From Nitrososphaerales archaeon (GTDB lineage Archaea; Thermoproteota; Nitrososphaeria; Nitrososphaerales; JACAEJ01), in contig JBNAWJ010000021.1 in assembly GCA_049699795.1 (NCBI GenBank), positions 1-54,735 on the forward strand: DNA of 54,735 bases, read 5' to 3'. Each line of letters starts with the position of its first letter. Within the stretch, counting starts at the first letter, position 1. The notes beneath the pieces were generated by a model that was not told the origin of the DNA, made no database searches, and saw nothing but the letters and a program-made list of their open reading frames with translations. The position numbers and the translations under genes were made by a program. Below are positions 1-8,887 of this stretch, piece after piece.

Positions 1-34
1 CATAAAACAAAAGATTAATGAAGCGAAAGATTAA

Positions 35-50
35 AATTAAGCCACAAAGC
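35..50. repeat. Right arm (AATTAAGCCACAAAGC) of a palindromic miniature element truncated by the window start
   Basis: The 16-mer is identical to the right arm of the element at 26516-26653. It matches 14 nt of the right arm of the element at 25626-25723. The partner arm would lie upstream of position 1. Confidence 0.6.
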
Positions 51-81
51 TTAAAAAATATAGAAGGGATATGATGGGACT

Positions 82-1125
82 GTGATAGCGCCTCCCTATC
101 TAGTCTCATATGCGATTACGAGAAAGTGTAATCTAAAATGCAAGCATTGCTATAGCGATGCCACGGATACACAGGCATATGATGAACTTTCTACAATAGA
201 AGCAAAAGGACTCTTAGACGATATTGCAAAATGGGGTATAAAGCTTTTAATTTTTGATGGTGGCGAGCCTCTCTGTAGAGATGACTTCTTTGAGATTGCT
301 AAGTATGCTTCAGAGAAGGGCATAAGAACCGTGGTAGGAAGTAATGGGGTTCTTATTGATATCGAGATGGCTAATAAAATGAAGGATGCTGGCATTCAAA
401 TGGTGCAAATTTCCATCGATGGTGCCAAGCCTGAAACTCATGACTCATTCCGTGGTGAGGATGGAGCCTTTTATAAAGCTATGTATGGAGTCAAGGCATG
501 TAAAGAGGTAGGTCTGCCTTTTCAGTTTGGCATGGTTATTAGAAAGCAATCCCTTCCCGAAATTCCAGACATGCTCAGGTTAGCAGTTGAGAGTGGGGCA
601 AGTGCTGCGGAGTTCTTCGACCTCGTGCAAGTTCCAAGAGTTAAACAAAATTGCCCTGAAGAAATCTTGAGTAGAGATGAAAGGAAAAGTATTATGGAAT
701 GGTTGGCTGAAGCCCAAAAAGAATACCCAATAGTAATTAGAGTACCAGGGTGCCCGATGTATCCTTTAATACTCAAGAAGAGAAGAATTCAGCCAAAACA
801 TTTCTCACTCCACGTACTGCAAAGAATCCCATATTATGATCGGGGATGTGCTGCTGGGATGCCTAATGGTTATATCACTATACTCCCAAACGGTGACGTA
901 ATACCATGTATGCTTCTACAGATAAGGTTGGGCAATATTAGAGAGAAAAATGTCATTAATATTTGGAATGAATCACCAATCTTATCAAAACTTCGATTGA
1001 GAAGCCTTTTAGAGGACAAGTGTGGAAGATGCTCTTATAGAGATATTTGCGCCGGATGCCGAGGCAGAGCCTACGAAGAAACAGGTAACATGCTAGCCTC
1101 AGATCCTGGATGCTGGCTTGCTTGA
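82..1125 (+). CDS. Radical SAM protein with C-terminal SPASM/twitch-like Cys cluster (AhbD/NirJ/PqqE-like maturase family)
   Basis: GTG-start 347-aa ORF. N-terminal CNLKCKHC is a CxxxCxxC motif. C-terminal Cys-rich block is CGRCSYRDICAGCRG...GCW. Confidence 0.75.
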   Translation: MIAPPYLVSYAITRKCNLKCKHCYSDATDTQAYDELSTIEAKGLLDDIAKWGIKLLIFDGGEPLCRDDFFEIAKYASEKGIRTVVGSNGVLIDIEMANKMKDAGIQMVQISIDGAKPETHDSFRGEDGAFYKAMYGVKACKEVGLPFQFGMVIRKQSLPEIPDMLRLAVESGASAAEFFDLVQVPRVKQNCPEEILSRDERKSIMEWLAEAQKEYPIVIRVPGCPMYPLILKKRRIQPKHFSLHVLQRIPYYDRGCAAGMPNGYITILPNGDVIPCMLLQIRLGNIREKNVINIWNESPILSKLRLRSLLEDKCGRCSYRDICAGCRGRAYEETGNMLASDPGCWLA

Positions 1126-1164
1126 CCTCTATCAGCTACCCTTTTCCGATAACCCGATATATAA

Positions 1165-1713
1165 TCAAACTCTAAGCAGATTCGCTCTTTCAGATAGTAT
1201 CATTGCTAATTTATTCTTATTGGCTATAGTTGCTTTTATTAGTTCATCAGAAATACTATGATGCTTTATCAAGAACTTTTCCTTATCGTGATTTAGCTTT
1301 ATTACATCGTCTGATATTTCTCCGAGATTCTTAATATTTTCAGCAAAAAGTTTTAGATGTTTTGGCTCTCCTATTGCTATTAGGGCTATATCCATCTTGC
1401 CAGATTTCAGACCTAGAGTCTTTAATGCCCTTTCTATCTGAGAATCGCAAGCCGTTCTGACTATAATCTCTAGATCTAACTTTTTTGTGTAGGAGACTTT
1501 TCTATTGAATGCCATCCAAGATTGCTGCAAGATCATCTTCAAATGCTCATAACCAGCGATGAAATTTGCATCTAGAGCCTGAATAACAAGATTTGAGAAT
1601 TTATCCCTTAAACTTCTTAAGAATTCATTAGGATCGTTTATAACCACTTCCTTAATTCCTAAAATTAATGATGATGTTTTATCATCAAGTTTGATGAAGC
1701 GCAATTTCTTCAC
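1165..1713 (-). CDS. Probable KEOPS subunit Cgi121
   Basis: 182-aa ORF. Size and the central LDA..IAG.EHL....Q...AF motif resemble archaeal Cgi121. Assigned from memory, no search run. Confidence 0.5.
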   Translation of the reverse strand: MKKLRFIKLDDKTSSLILGIKEVVINDPNEFLRSLRDKFSNLVIQALDANFIAGYEHLKMILQQSWMAFNRKVSYTKKLDLEIIVRTACDSQIERALKTLGLKSGKMDIALIAIGEPKHLKLFAENIKNLGEISDDVIKLNHDKEKFLIKHHSISDELIKATIANKNKLAMILSERANLLRV

Positions 1714-1731
1714 GTTATATGATTATTTCCT

Positions 1732-1986
1732 TTAACCTCCATGAGTAATGGGTATTAAGGTGAGTTCGTCGCCCGATTTCACAACAGTGTCTTCTCGATT
1801 TAAAGCAGATATTTCTACACCATTGATTGCTATGAGCATAGTAAGGGGAGAAAACCTAGATTTGTTAGTATCTGATGATGTAATCAAGGCTAAGATGTCT
1901 TTGACCTTAATCTCGCTCTTGTCTATTTCTAACTCTGCTTTGCCCAACTCTTTTGCTAAATGCCCATAGGCTTTAACCCTGATCAT
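1732..1986 (-). CDS. MoaD/ThiS-family ubiquitin-like small modifier (SAMP-like)
   Basis: 84-aa ORF ending ...LIPITHGG. The C-terminal di-glycine and the size are typical of beta-grasp sulfur carriers and modifiers. Confidence 0.65.
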   Translation of the reverse strand: MIRVKAYGHLAKELGKAELEIDKSEIKVKDILALITSSDTNKSRFSPLTMLIAINGVEISALNREDTVVKSGDELTLIPITHGG

Positions 1987-2030
1987 TCTCTCTTAGATTA
2001 ATCTAAAGGGATTTACAAGTTTTACTATTC

Positions 2031-2240
2031 TTAGCCTTTTTCTGCCGATGCCTCTTTAGAGATAGATTTACCTTCCTTCTTGATAAAGTCTGTTATATAT
2101 CCAGCTATCTCATTCCTCAATTGCTTAGACCTAATTATAGCTACTCCACTCAAGATGGATTTGTTCTTTTCAAAGTCATTAGTGAATAAATTCCCATGTT
2201 TCTCTAATATCTGCATTGAAATGCGTTTGACACGATCCAT
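2031..2240 (-). CDS. rps17e: Ribosomal protein eS17 (S17e)
   Basis: 69 aa. MDRVKRISMQILEKHGNLFTNDFEKNK...RNEIAGYIT matches the archaeal S17e pattern. Confidence 0.75.
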   Translation of the reverse strand: MDRVKRISMQILEKHGNLFTNDFEKNKSILSGVAIIRSKQLRNEIAGYITDFIKKEGKSISKEASAEKG

Positions 2241-2396
2241 TTATAAGCACCGAAGCGATCATTAGGTTAAAAGCTTCAAGTATATAGGTCTAAGGGTAGG
2301 TTACTTCAAGAGCAGGTAAAGCATAAAATTATGAATTTGCTTAAGAAATATTTCTGAACAAAGAATAATAAGACCAAACTAGATCGATTCAAAGGA

Positions 2397-3662
2397 ATGA
2401 GCAGAGAAGTTCAATCTAAGCTAAAACCAACTTTAGGACTGCTTGATGCTACAGCCATAAATATAGGGGCAATCATCGGTGCAGGCATATTCGTTGTAAC
2501 TGGTATTGCAGCGGGTTTGGCTGGATCAGCTCTAATAATTTCCATGCTGATAGCAACAGCGATTTCCTTTTTTACTGCGCTAAGCTTTGCAGAATTGGCT
2601 GAATGGTTACCCAATGAAGGGGGTGTTTACGATTTTGCGTATCGACTGATTTCTCCTTCGGTAGGTTTTTTGGCTGGATGGATGTGGATGTTATCCAATA
2701 CCTTTGCAGGCGCTGCGGTATCTCTTGGATTCGCCTACTATTTCACAGCTTTATTCCCAAATCCATATGCTAACTGGATTGCAGCTTTCATCTGTATAGC
2801 CTTCACAGCCCTTAACTACTTCGGCGTTCGCCATTCAGCCACAGTAAACAATTTTCTTGTTGCAGCTAAGTTATCCATTCTAGCATTCTTCTTTATTTTT
2901 GGCATAGCATTCGTAAATGTAGAAAATTTCACCCCGTTCGCTCCTTTCAGAGTTGATGTGCTTTATGGTGCATATTACATTTTCTTCGCTTATAGCGGAT
3001 TCGCGAGAGTAACTGTAGTGGCAGAAGAAGTTAAAGATGCCAAACGGAATGTCCCTCGAGCGATACTTCTTTCTCTGATCATATCCACAATAATTTACAT
3101 ACTTGTTGGTCTTGTGGCTGTTGGACTCGTAGGAGCTTCTGGACTTTCAAATTCTAATTCGCCTTTAACAGAAGCCATAAGCGCTACTGGAAGTGCAGCA
3201 GCAGTCTATATAGTCTCAGTAGGAGGTTTGATAGCAACAGCAACGGTTCTCCTTACTTCTGTTTTAGGAGTTTCAAGAATGGCATATGCCATGGCAAGAA
3301 AAAAGGACTTTCCACAAGCCTTGAGTAGATTGCATCAAAAATACAATACGCCCTATTATTCAGTCTGGATTGTAGGCATCTCTATGGCATTGCTTGTCTT
3401 GCTCATAGACCTCACAAGGGTTGTAGCTATAAGCACCTTTGCTATACTTTTCTATTATACTATTGCTAACATTTCTGCTTTAAGGTTGAAAGCTCAGGAG
3501 AAGTTATACCCAAAAGTTGTGCCAGTTTTGGGAATATTCACGTGTCTCATATTGTTAGTTCTCACTCTTTTTGTCTCGCCAGACGCGGGGGTTATAGGCG
3601 CTTTAGGTTTAATTGTAGGTGTAATTTACTATTTTGTCAAAAAAAGGTTTAGCCAGGAATAA
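2397..3662 (+). CDS. APC-superfamily amino acid permease
   Basis: 421 aa and highly hydrophobic across multiple TM spans. Has the N-terminal ...NIGAIIGAGIFVVTG motif typical of APC transporters. Confidence 0.8.
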   Translation: MSREVQSKLKPTLGLLDATAINIGAIIGAGIFVVTGIAAGLAGSALIISMLIATAISFFTALSFAELAEWLPNEGGVYDFAYRLISPSVGFLAGWMWMLSNTFAGAAVSLGFAYYFTALFPNPYANWIAAFICIAFTALNYFGVRHSATVNNFLVAAKLSILAFFFIFGIAFVNVENFTPFAPFRVDVLYGAYYIFFAYSGFARVTVVAEEVKDAKRNVPRAILLSLIISTIIYILVGLVAVGLVGASGLSNSNSPLTEAISATGSAAAVYIVSVGGLIATATVLLTSVLGVSRMAYAMARKKDFPQALSRLHQKYNTPYYSVWIVGISMALLVLLIDLTRVVAISTFAILFYYTIANISALRLKAQEKLYPKVVPVLGIFTCLILLVLTLFVSPDAGVIGALGLIVGVIYYFVKKRFSQE

Positions 3663-3678
3663 AAAAGGCGGATAGCCT

Positions 3679-4224
3679 TTATTGTGTGGGAGTCACAAGC
3701 ACTAAGAAGATCAGGTGGTAGTTTGGAGCGTTTTCTCCTCTAAGTGTGCCATCCACTCTGAACACTGTACCGTCTAAGAAGTGCGCTATTGCAATTCCAT
3801 GTAGAACCAAAACGAACTCGTTCTCACCTTCAACCACGTCTCCTAAAGCTACGAACCTTCTACCGTTCATTGATGCTATTCCTTCCCAAGTCTCTGGAAC
3901 CATCTGGTAAGTTGTCTCACCTATGTTTAGGCTTCCTTCTGTTACCTTGAAGATTCTTATCGTGTGATTTCTGACTTGTATAGGTTCACCGTATGGTATT
4001 ATAGGGAATGCAATAGATGCACTAGAGACTTCTCCATTAAGTCTTGCTTCGCCCTTGATGGTGCTTACTTCGAATATATGATCTGTCTGCTCAGTATTGT
4101 TTGTTAAGGCTTGCATCTGTTCAAGATTGTTTGCTAAGGCTGGAATTACAAAGACAGATGCGCCTACTATTCCCACCAATACCAAGGCTATCGACGATAG
4201 TGCTAGCTTTTGCCTTCTGTTCAT
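3679..4224 (-). CDS. Hypothetical secreted or membrane-anchored protein
   Basis: 181 aa with an N-terminal hydrophobic signal/anchor (LALSSIALVLVGIVGASVFVIPALA). No recognisable family. Confidence 0.5.
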   Translation of the reverse strand: MNRRQKLALSSIALVLVGIVGASVFVIPALANNLEQMQALTNNTEQTDHIFEVSTIKGEARLNGEVSSASIAFPIIPYGEPIQVRNHTIRIFKVTEGSLNIGETTYQMVPETWEGIASMNGRRFVALGDVVEGENEFVLVLHGIAIAHFLDGTVFRVDGTLRGENAPNYHLIFLVLVTPTQ

Positions 4225-4299
4225 AAAATCACCTCTTTAAACTATAAAGTTGCCTAATAATTAGTCAGTTGCGGGACAATGTTAAGGAACTTTGTTAAC

Positions 4300-4677
4300 T
4301 TACTCTTTCTGAAGTTCTCTGTCTATCTTCTCTTTCAAAGACATGTATTTTTTGAAGCGTTCATTCCATTTCGATAAGAATCTGTACTCTCTTAATCCTA
4401 CGTATAACCATATCAAGGATGCTACAACTGTAAAAATAATGTAAATCGTGAAGATGATTCCAAAGACTGGCTCTCTTATCAACATTAGGCGTATTAAGGC
4501 TGGATGAAAAATGAAGACCAACGCCACTATTATTGCTATGGGAGCTATGATAAAGGAAGATATGCTCATTGCAATGAAAGTTAATCGAGCATCGTTCATA
4601 TGGTATATTAAATCGTCTACAGTTTCTAACAGGCTCGTCCTCTCTTCATTCTTTTCATCTTTTTTCATTTCTACCAC
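4300..4677 (-). CDS. Hypothetical membrane protein
   Basis: 125 aa with two clear hydrophobic helices. No family recognised. Confidence 0.45.
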   Translation of the reverse strand: MVEMKKDEKNEERTSLLETVDDLIYHMNDARLTFIAMSISSFIIAPIAIIVALVFIFHPALIRLMLIREPVFGIIFTIYIIFTVVASLIWLYVGLREYRFLSKWNERFKKYMSLKEKIDRELQKE

Positions 4678-4723
4678 CTATTTTATCATCTATCTTAAGA
4701 TAAATCATTTCCGAAACTAAGTT

Positions 4724-4790
4724 CATTGACTCTCACGCTTGCTCCTTGGGAACATGGGGTTAAATAAGCATGGATGTAGGGTCAGAAGTG
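4724..4790 (-). repeat. Copy A of a ~45-nt repeat matching the 3' end of the wHTH gene at 6555-6845
   Basis: CTTGGGAACATGGGGTTAAATAAGCATGGATGTAGG. Its minus-strand reading ends ...NPMFPRSKRESQ*, compared with ...EAMFPRKKR* for the intact gene. Confidence 0.6.
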
Positions 4791-4833
4791 AGTTTTTATT
4801 TGTAGATTAATGAGATTCGTTCTCAGAGTGGCA

Positions 4834-5109
4834 TTAGTCTTCGTATATCGATTCCCGTTTTCCAGCATGAGTTATATATATTGTCTTCTGCCTTTTATCC
4901 ACGTAAAAAATGACTCTATACGCCCCTAACCTTATTCTATACGTTCTTTCTATATCTTCGAGCTTTTCAACATCTAACTCTCTGAGAATTATGGGATAGT
5001 CAACAAGTTTTTCTATAGACTCCTTTATCTTATTCTTCAGCTTCTCATCCATAACGCTCTTTAAGAACTTGGCAACTCTTCTGTGTATAAGTACCTTATA
5101 CTTAGACAC
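4834..5109 (-). CDS. relE: RelE/ParE-superfamily type II toxin
   Basis: 91 aa. Size and the ...YRIRLGAYRVIFYVDKRQKTIYITHAGKR motif are typical of RelE/StbE toxins. It overlaps the upstream small ORF by 8 nt. Confidence 0.75.
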   Translation of the reverse strand: MSKYKVLIHRRVAKFLKSVMDEKLKNKIKESIEKLVDYPIILRELDVEKLEDIERTYRIRLGAYRVIFYVDKRQKTIYITHAGKRESIYED

Positions 5110-5320
5110 TTTTAATTTCCTCTAAAGTCAAGTAATTACCACTTTTCATCTCGTTGATGGATTTTCTTATCTCTTCGATTTCTTTCTTGTTTAGCTTCAC
5201 TTTTGGCAACTCTCTTACTATGATCTCTTCAATTAAGTCCTCTAAGAAATCAAGCCTCTCACTAATAGCTTTAACCTCTTTGTATATTGCTTCTAAGGTT
5301 ACACTTTCCATGAACCTCAC
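5102..5320 (-). CDS. Putative cognate antitoxin of the RelE-like toxin
   Basis: 72-aa acidic, coiled-coil-rich ORF that overlaps the toxin start (TA operon architecture). Family not recognised. Confidence 0.55.
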   Translation of the reverse strand: MRFMESVTLEAIYKEVKAISERLDFLEDLIEEIIVRELPKVKLNKKEIEEIRKSINEMKSGNYLTLEEIKSV

Positions 5321-5385
5321 TAAGGTTGAATAGAATGAAGAATGAATTTAAGTTTTTGCACTCATGTCTTATTCAAATTAATCTC

Positions 5386-5445
5386 TTATCTTCTCCTTCT
5401 TGGGAACATAAGGTGTAAATAAGCATAGAGGTATGAGTGAAGGGT
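5386..5445 (-). repeat. Copy B of the repeat matching the 3' end of the wHTH gene
   Basis: TTATCTTCTCCTTCTTGGGAACATAAGGTGTAAATAAGCAT versus the gene 3' end TTATCTTTTCTTCCTTGGAAACATGGCTTCATAAGGC. Its minus-strand reading ends ...LMFPRRRR*. Confidence 0.6.
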
Positions 5446-5527
5446 CTGTTCAAATAAGATTTTTGAACATCAAGTCTAAATCATCTTTGTTGTTATTTAT
5501 GAATGGCAAGGGAGCTTATTTGAACAG
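5446..5527. repeat. Perfect 13-bp inverted repeat (CTGTTCAAATAAG / CTTATTTGAACAG) around a 56-nt spacer
   Basis: Read directly from the sequence. No flanking direct repeat was seen. Confidence 0.6.
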
Positions 5528-5563
5528 TATCGATGATATTAAGCTCAAAGTTCTTGAATGAAT

Positions 5564-5752
5564 TCATGACAGTAATAGTAACAGAAAGATAATTGCTAAT
5601 ACTATAAGCGTGCTCGTTATTGTCGTGAAGAAAGCTAGGGATAAGAAGTGAAAGGGCTTAACAGGAGCACCTTTATTCTCAATCTCTGAAACTCTTTCCT
5701 CTAGGTCTGCTATGATCTTACTCAACATTTCTACGTTGACTCTCTCTCTCAC
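5564..5752 (-). CDS. Hypothetical small membrane protein (weak call)
   Basis: 62-aa ORF with one C-terminal hydrophobic helix. It sits in a decayed accessory region. Confidence 0.25.
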   Translation of the reverse strand: MRERVNVEMLSKIIADLEERVSEIENKGAPVKPFHFLSLAFFTTITSTLIVLAIIFLLLLLS

Positions 5753-6056
5753 TTAACAGCAATTTTTGAATAATAAACTCCATTTGTTTTTTTGAGTATC
5801 GAGTTGAACCCTTTAAACCAACTGACCATCCATCCAGTCTATTATTAATCTTATCTTCCCGCATTTTCCCCCGAAGTTCAAAAAGCTAATGGTAATATAA
5901 GTTCTACTTCTATTGTTTATTTACCGATTCGCTATAGCCCACATATTATCTAGGATAGATTAGGTGTCATATTCTTCTATTTTTGCATTAAACAGTCAAG
6001 CTAAAGAAGGAAAGGCTGTCAAGCACATAAAGGAGCTTATTAAGAAAAGCACAAAT

Positions 6057-6167
6057 TAAACTTTGGCAAATTTTGGTTATGGATGCACTTGTAACGCGAA
6101 AAATTAACATTATTATGGCAAATCTATGAGGGAAGCGGGTGAAATCTAAGAAATTTGCCAAACTTTA
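6057..6167. mobile_element. 111-bp MITE-like element with 17-bp TIRs and an 8-bp target-site duplication
   Basis: TIRs are TAAACTTTGGCAAATTT (6057-6073) and AAATTTGCCAAACTTTA (6151-6167), matching 16/17. GCACAAAT directly abuts both ends (6049-6056 and 6168-6175). Confidence 0.7.
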
Positions 6168-6554
6168 GCACAAATTCAACTATTTGTTAGTACTTTCTCT
6201 TAATAGAATTAAAGCCTAATGCTGATAAGCAATATTAGCCTATCTTAAATATAACCTCGATGAATTAGAAAATAGGTTAAAAGAATTAGAGGATGAAATC
6301 ATTATTATACGCTCATATCTGATTAACAGTAGTTAGGTCTCTTAATACATCACGTGAGAAAGACTACAATCATCCGTATATGAGCGATATACACCACAGA
6401 GTTTAGCAGAGAAGAGACTGTTTAATGCACAAATAAAGGCCATCAAGAAGGTGCAATAAATAATCTTTTATCTTTGCTGTGCTGAATAACTACTTATTTC
6501 ACATACTTATAGGTCTCCACCTATATGAAAGAACCTAGTTATTCAACACACCAC

Positions 6555-6845
6555 TTATCTTTTCTTCCTTGGAAACATGGCTTCATAAGGCTCAAGAATC
6601 ATCTTACAAAATTGCCTGCCCCTTTCCGTTACTTTATATTTGATTACTTTTTTACTTCCCCATTGCTCCTCAGTTTTGGCAATTAATCCCTTCTTCTCCA
6701 TCTCATCGATTATTTCTTTATGCTTTTGAAGGTTCAAGCCACAATAGCTCAATAATGCTGTCTGGTTTAGAGTACCGTATTGGACCAACTTCAGTATTAT
6801 ATCCTTTCTTATGTATACTCTGTCACGGTACTCTTTAGTCGACAT
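6555..6845 (-). CDS. Small winged-helix DNA-binding protein
   Basis: 96 aa. The pattern ...LNQTALLSYCGLNLQKHKEIIDEMEKKGLI...KYKVTERG fits a wHTH fold. Its 3' end is repeated at 5386-5445 and 4724-4790. Confidence 0.6.
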   Translation of the reverse strand: MSTKEYRDRVYIRKDIILKLVQYGTLNQTALLSYCGLNLQKHKEIIDEMEKKGLIAKTEEQWGSKKVIKYKVTERGRQFCKMILEPYEAMFPRKKR

Positions 6846-6888
6846 TAAGGCTAACTTGAATATACATACTTTAAGAATAATCTTTCGT

Positions 6889-7656
6889 TTAAAGTTTCAT
6901 GTTCATGTATGATGATGAATTCTTCAAAATTAATTCAGCAGTTTCATAAAAGCTTAATTTTAGTACAAAGGATAAAGCGAAGACCACGCTGGGAAGAAAG
7001 GTTGGTAGAGCAGGTTTACCTTCAAAGCAGGCATACCTTACTGGACCATCCGTCTCTGTTAGTATCAAATCTTTTGAAGCCCTCTCAGCCAAATCCTTCG
7101 ACTTTTTTGAATAGATTATAGTAGGTCCAAAGGATACGTAATAGCCTTTATCCATGGCTCTGTTCAATTGCTGATAATCGCCAGAGAACCAATGAAGCAA
7201 TACTCCCTTCAGTTTATACGATGAAATTATGTCTATTACATCTTTTTGAGAGCCTCTTGAGTGAATGGAGACTGGTTTTTCAAGTTTTTCAGCAAATTCC
7301 AGCTGCTTTTCGAATACAGATATTTGCCTTTTATAGGCTTTTTCGTTTTGAGCGTATTTCCTATCCAATCCTATCTCTCCTATGCCATTTATGATATTCT
7401 TTTCTTTGTTCAAGAAGACTTCAAAATTTTCAGGACTCTCACTTTGAGCTGACCATGGATGTATGCCAACGAAAGATAGCAATTTATCATTAAGTGATTT
7501 AGATAATTCTAAAGTCCTTAGCGATGATTCTAAATCCATAGAGTTTGAAAGTAATATCATATTGGAGTTTTTCAAGAAATTTATTATGTAGGGTAGCTCT
7601 TTATCAAAGTCTGGGTCTGAAAGGTGTATGTGGGCATCGACTAGCTTTATTGCCAT
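6889..7656 (-). CDS. tatD: TatD-family metal-dependent hydrolase
   Basis: 255 aa with N-terminal LVDAHIHL, later HS and LHWFSG histidines and TETDGP. This is the typical TatD motif set. Confidence 0.8.
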   Translation of the reverse strand: MAIKLVDAHIHLSDPDFDKELPYIINFLKNSNMILLSNSMDLESSLRTLELSKSLNDKLLSFVGIHPWSAQSESPENFEVFLNKEKNIINGIGEIGLDRKYAQNEKAYKRQISVFEKQLEFAEKLEKPVSIHSRGSQKDVIDIISSYKLKGVLLHWFSGDYQQLNRAMDKGYYVSFGPTIIYSKKSKDLAERASKDLILTETDGPVRYACFEGKPALPTFLPSVVFALSFVLKLSFYETAELILKNSSSYMNMKL

Positions 7657-7730
7657 AGCAATTCATTGAGCTTATTTTAATCTTAATGATGTAAATAAAG
7701 TTAAATATGATTTAATTTTTGCATTAAAAC

Positions 7731-7967
7731 ATGAAAAAGACCTCTAATGTAGAGCTTGGATTGGCAGCTGTTTATCGCATAATAAAAAAAGCAGGAGCAG
7801 AAAGAGTTGGTGATGATGCCGCTGAAGAGCTAAGGGCTTCTCTTGAAGAGATTGGAGGATTATTGGCAAGGCAGGCTATAGAACTTGCTACTCATGCTGG
7901 TAGAAAGACAGTTAAGGCTTCAGACATAAAGTTGGCAGTAAAATCTTTGTTGAAGACCAGTCTTTGA
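7731..7967 (+). CDS. Archaeal histone (HMf-like histone fold)
   Basis: 78 aa. [24 protein letters not shown]...[25 protein letters not shown] is a canonical archaeal histone fold. Confidence 0.85.
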   Translation: MKKTSNVELGLAAVYRIIKKAGAERVGDDAAEELRASLEEIGGLLARQAIELATHAGRKTVKASDIKLAVKSLLKTSL

Positions 7968-8006
7968 TAGCAAAAGTAAAGTATTGCCCTTAATTTATCA
8001 GTTTTA

Positions 8007-8105
8007 GCTCCGGTGGTGTAGTCCGGCCAAGCATAGCGGCCTCTCGAGTTGGCGGGGATTCATTACCTATAGCCGTTGACCCGGGTTCAAATCCCGGCCG
8101 GAGCA
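8007..8105 (+). tRNA. tRNA-Glu (anticodon CUC) with a ~24-nt intron at the canonical 37/38 position
   Basis: Hand fold: acceptor GCTCCGG/CCGGAGC, D arm GTGT..GCAT, anticodon stem GCGGC/GCCGT, loop CTCTCG|intron 8047-8070|A, T arm CCGGG-TTCAAAT-CCCGG, discriminator A. No encoded CCA. Confidence 0.85.
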
Positions 8106-8186
8106 TTAGATAGCCGTATTTTCGCTATAATGAACAATAGTTATGCATATAAAGAAAAAATTACATGTTTATTCGGAGGTAAAATT

Positions 8187-8726
8187 ATGCCACCGCATTG
8201 TGATACTATGGATGGGCCTGTTGTTAAGGCTGCGAAAAGAGCTTTGGATACCGAGAATGTCAATCTCATCCTTCCTTGGGTGCCTAAAGAAGCTGAATAC
8301 GATTTAAAGAAGGCTTTTGAAAAAACTCTACGTGTGAGAAAGCAAGGGAGGGAAGTTGCTGAACTTGCTGACTATTGGTTCTTCGAAACTGCTGTTCGTT
8401 TGCACAGAGAGGGAGAAGGAGCGCCTTATACTGGATTGAAGCTTGCAGGGCTTGACTGGGGTCCTGTAGTGCCAAAGGCAGAAAAAGCCATAGAGAAAGG
8501 AGGCCCAAAAGAAGTAATAGAATTTATTTCACATGCTGTTGAAGAGGAACTGCAAAAAGGTTCAAGCATGCTATGGCTTGGAAGAAGTATGATGAGAACA
8601 ATGTAGATGCTGCAAGAGAGTATATCCAAGCAATGCTCGATTTTGTAATTATATTCACATAACTTATACACAAACATAAAAGGAGTTAGAGAGCACGGCG
8701 AAGAAAAGAAGGGGCATGAGCATTAA
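8187..8726 (+). pseudogene. MPPHCDxxDGPVV-family protein (DUF6448-like by recollection) interrupted by two single-base frame shifts
   Basis: GGAGG lies 7 nt before ATG 8187. Frame 0 stops at 8604-8606. The conserved-looking continuation RFKHAMAWKKYDENNVDAAREYIQAMLDFV is in the -1 frame from 8558, after an A5 run at 8554-8558. The tail LYSHNLYTNIKGVREHGEEKKGHEH* returns to frame 0 from 8649. The track ORF start at 8076 lies inside the tRNA and is not credible. Confidence 0.65.
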
Positions 8727-8887
8727 CTCTAACTAAAAGGCTAGAACGGTTTAAATGAGAGAGCACAATACACAAGGCATAAAAATCGCTTTAATTTTTT
8801 ACTGGTCATTCTGCAACTTGTAGCGCACTCTTTGACCAACATTTTAGTTTTAGGCGAAAGATAGACAAAGCGGAAATTTAGAATTCG

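Noticed and set aside
5446-5527. The 13-bp inverted repeat with a 56-nt spacer as another MITE
   Set aside because: No target-site duplication is present (flanks TGAAGGGT versus TATCGATG) and there is no second copy in the window. It is reported only as a repeat.
6229-6336. Plus-strand ORF fragment ...LDELENRLKELEDEIIIIRSYLINSS* as a decayed paralog of the 5102-5320 antitoxin
   Set aside because: It has no start codon. The resemblance (LEDxIxEIIxR) is a generic coiled-coil pattern and too weak to call without a search.
8076-8186. N-terminal 37 codons of track ORF 8076-8606
   Set aside because: This part overlaps the 3' half of tRNA-Glu (8007-8105). The family-typical start MPPHCD, preceded by GGAGG, is at 8187.
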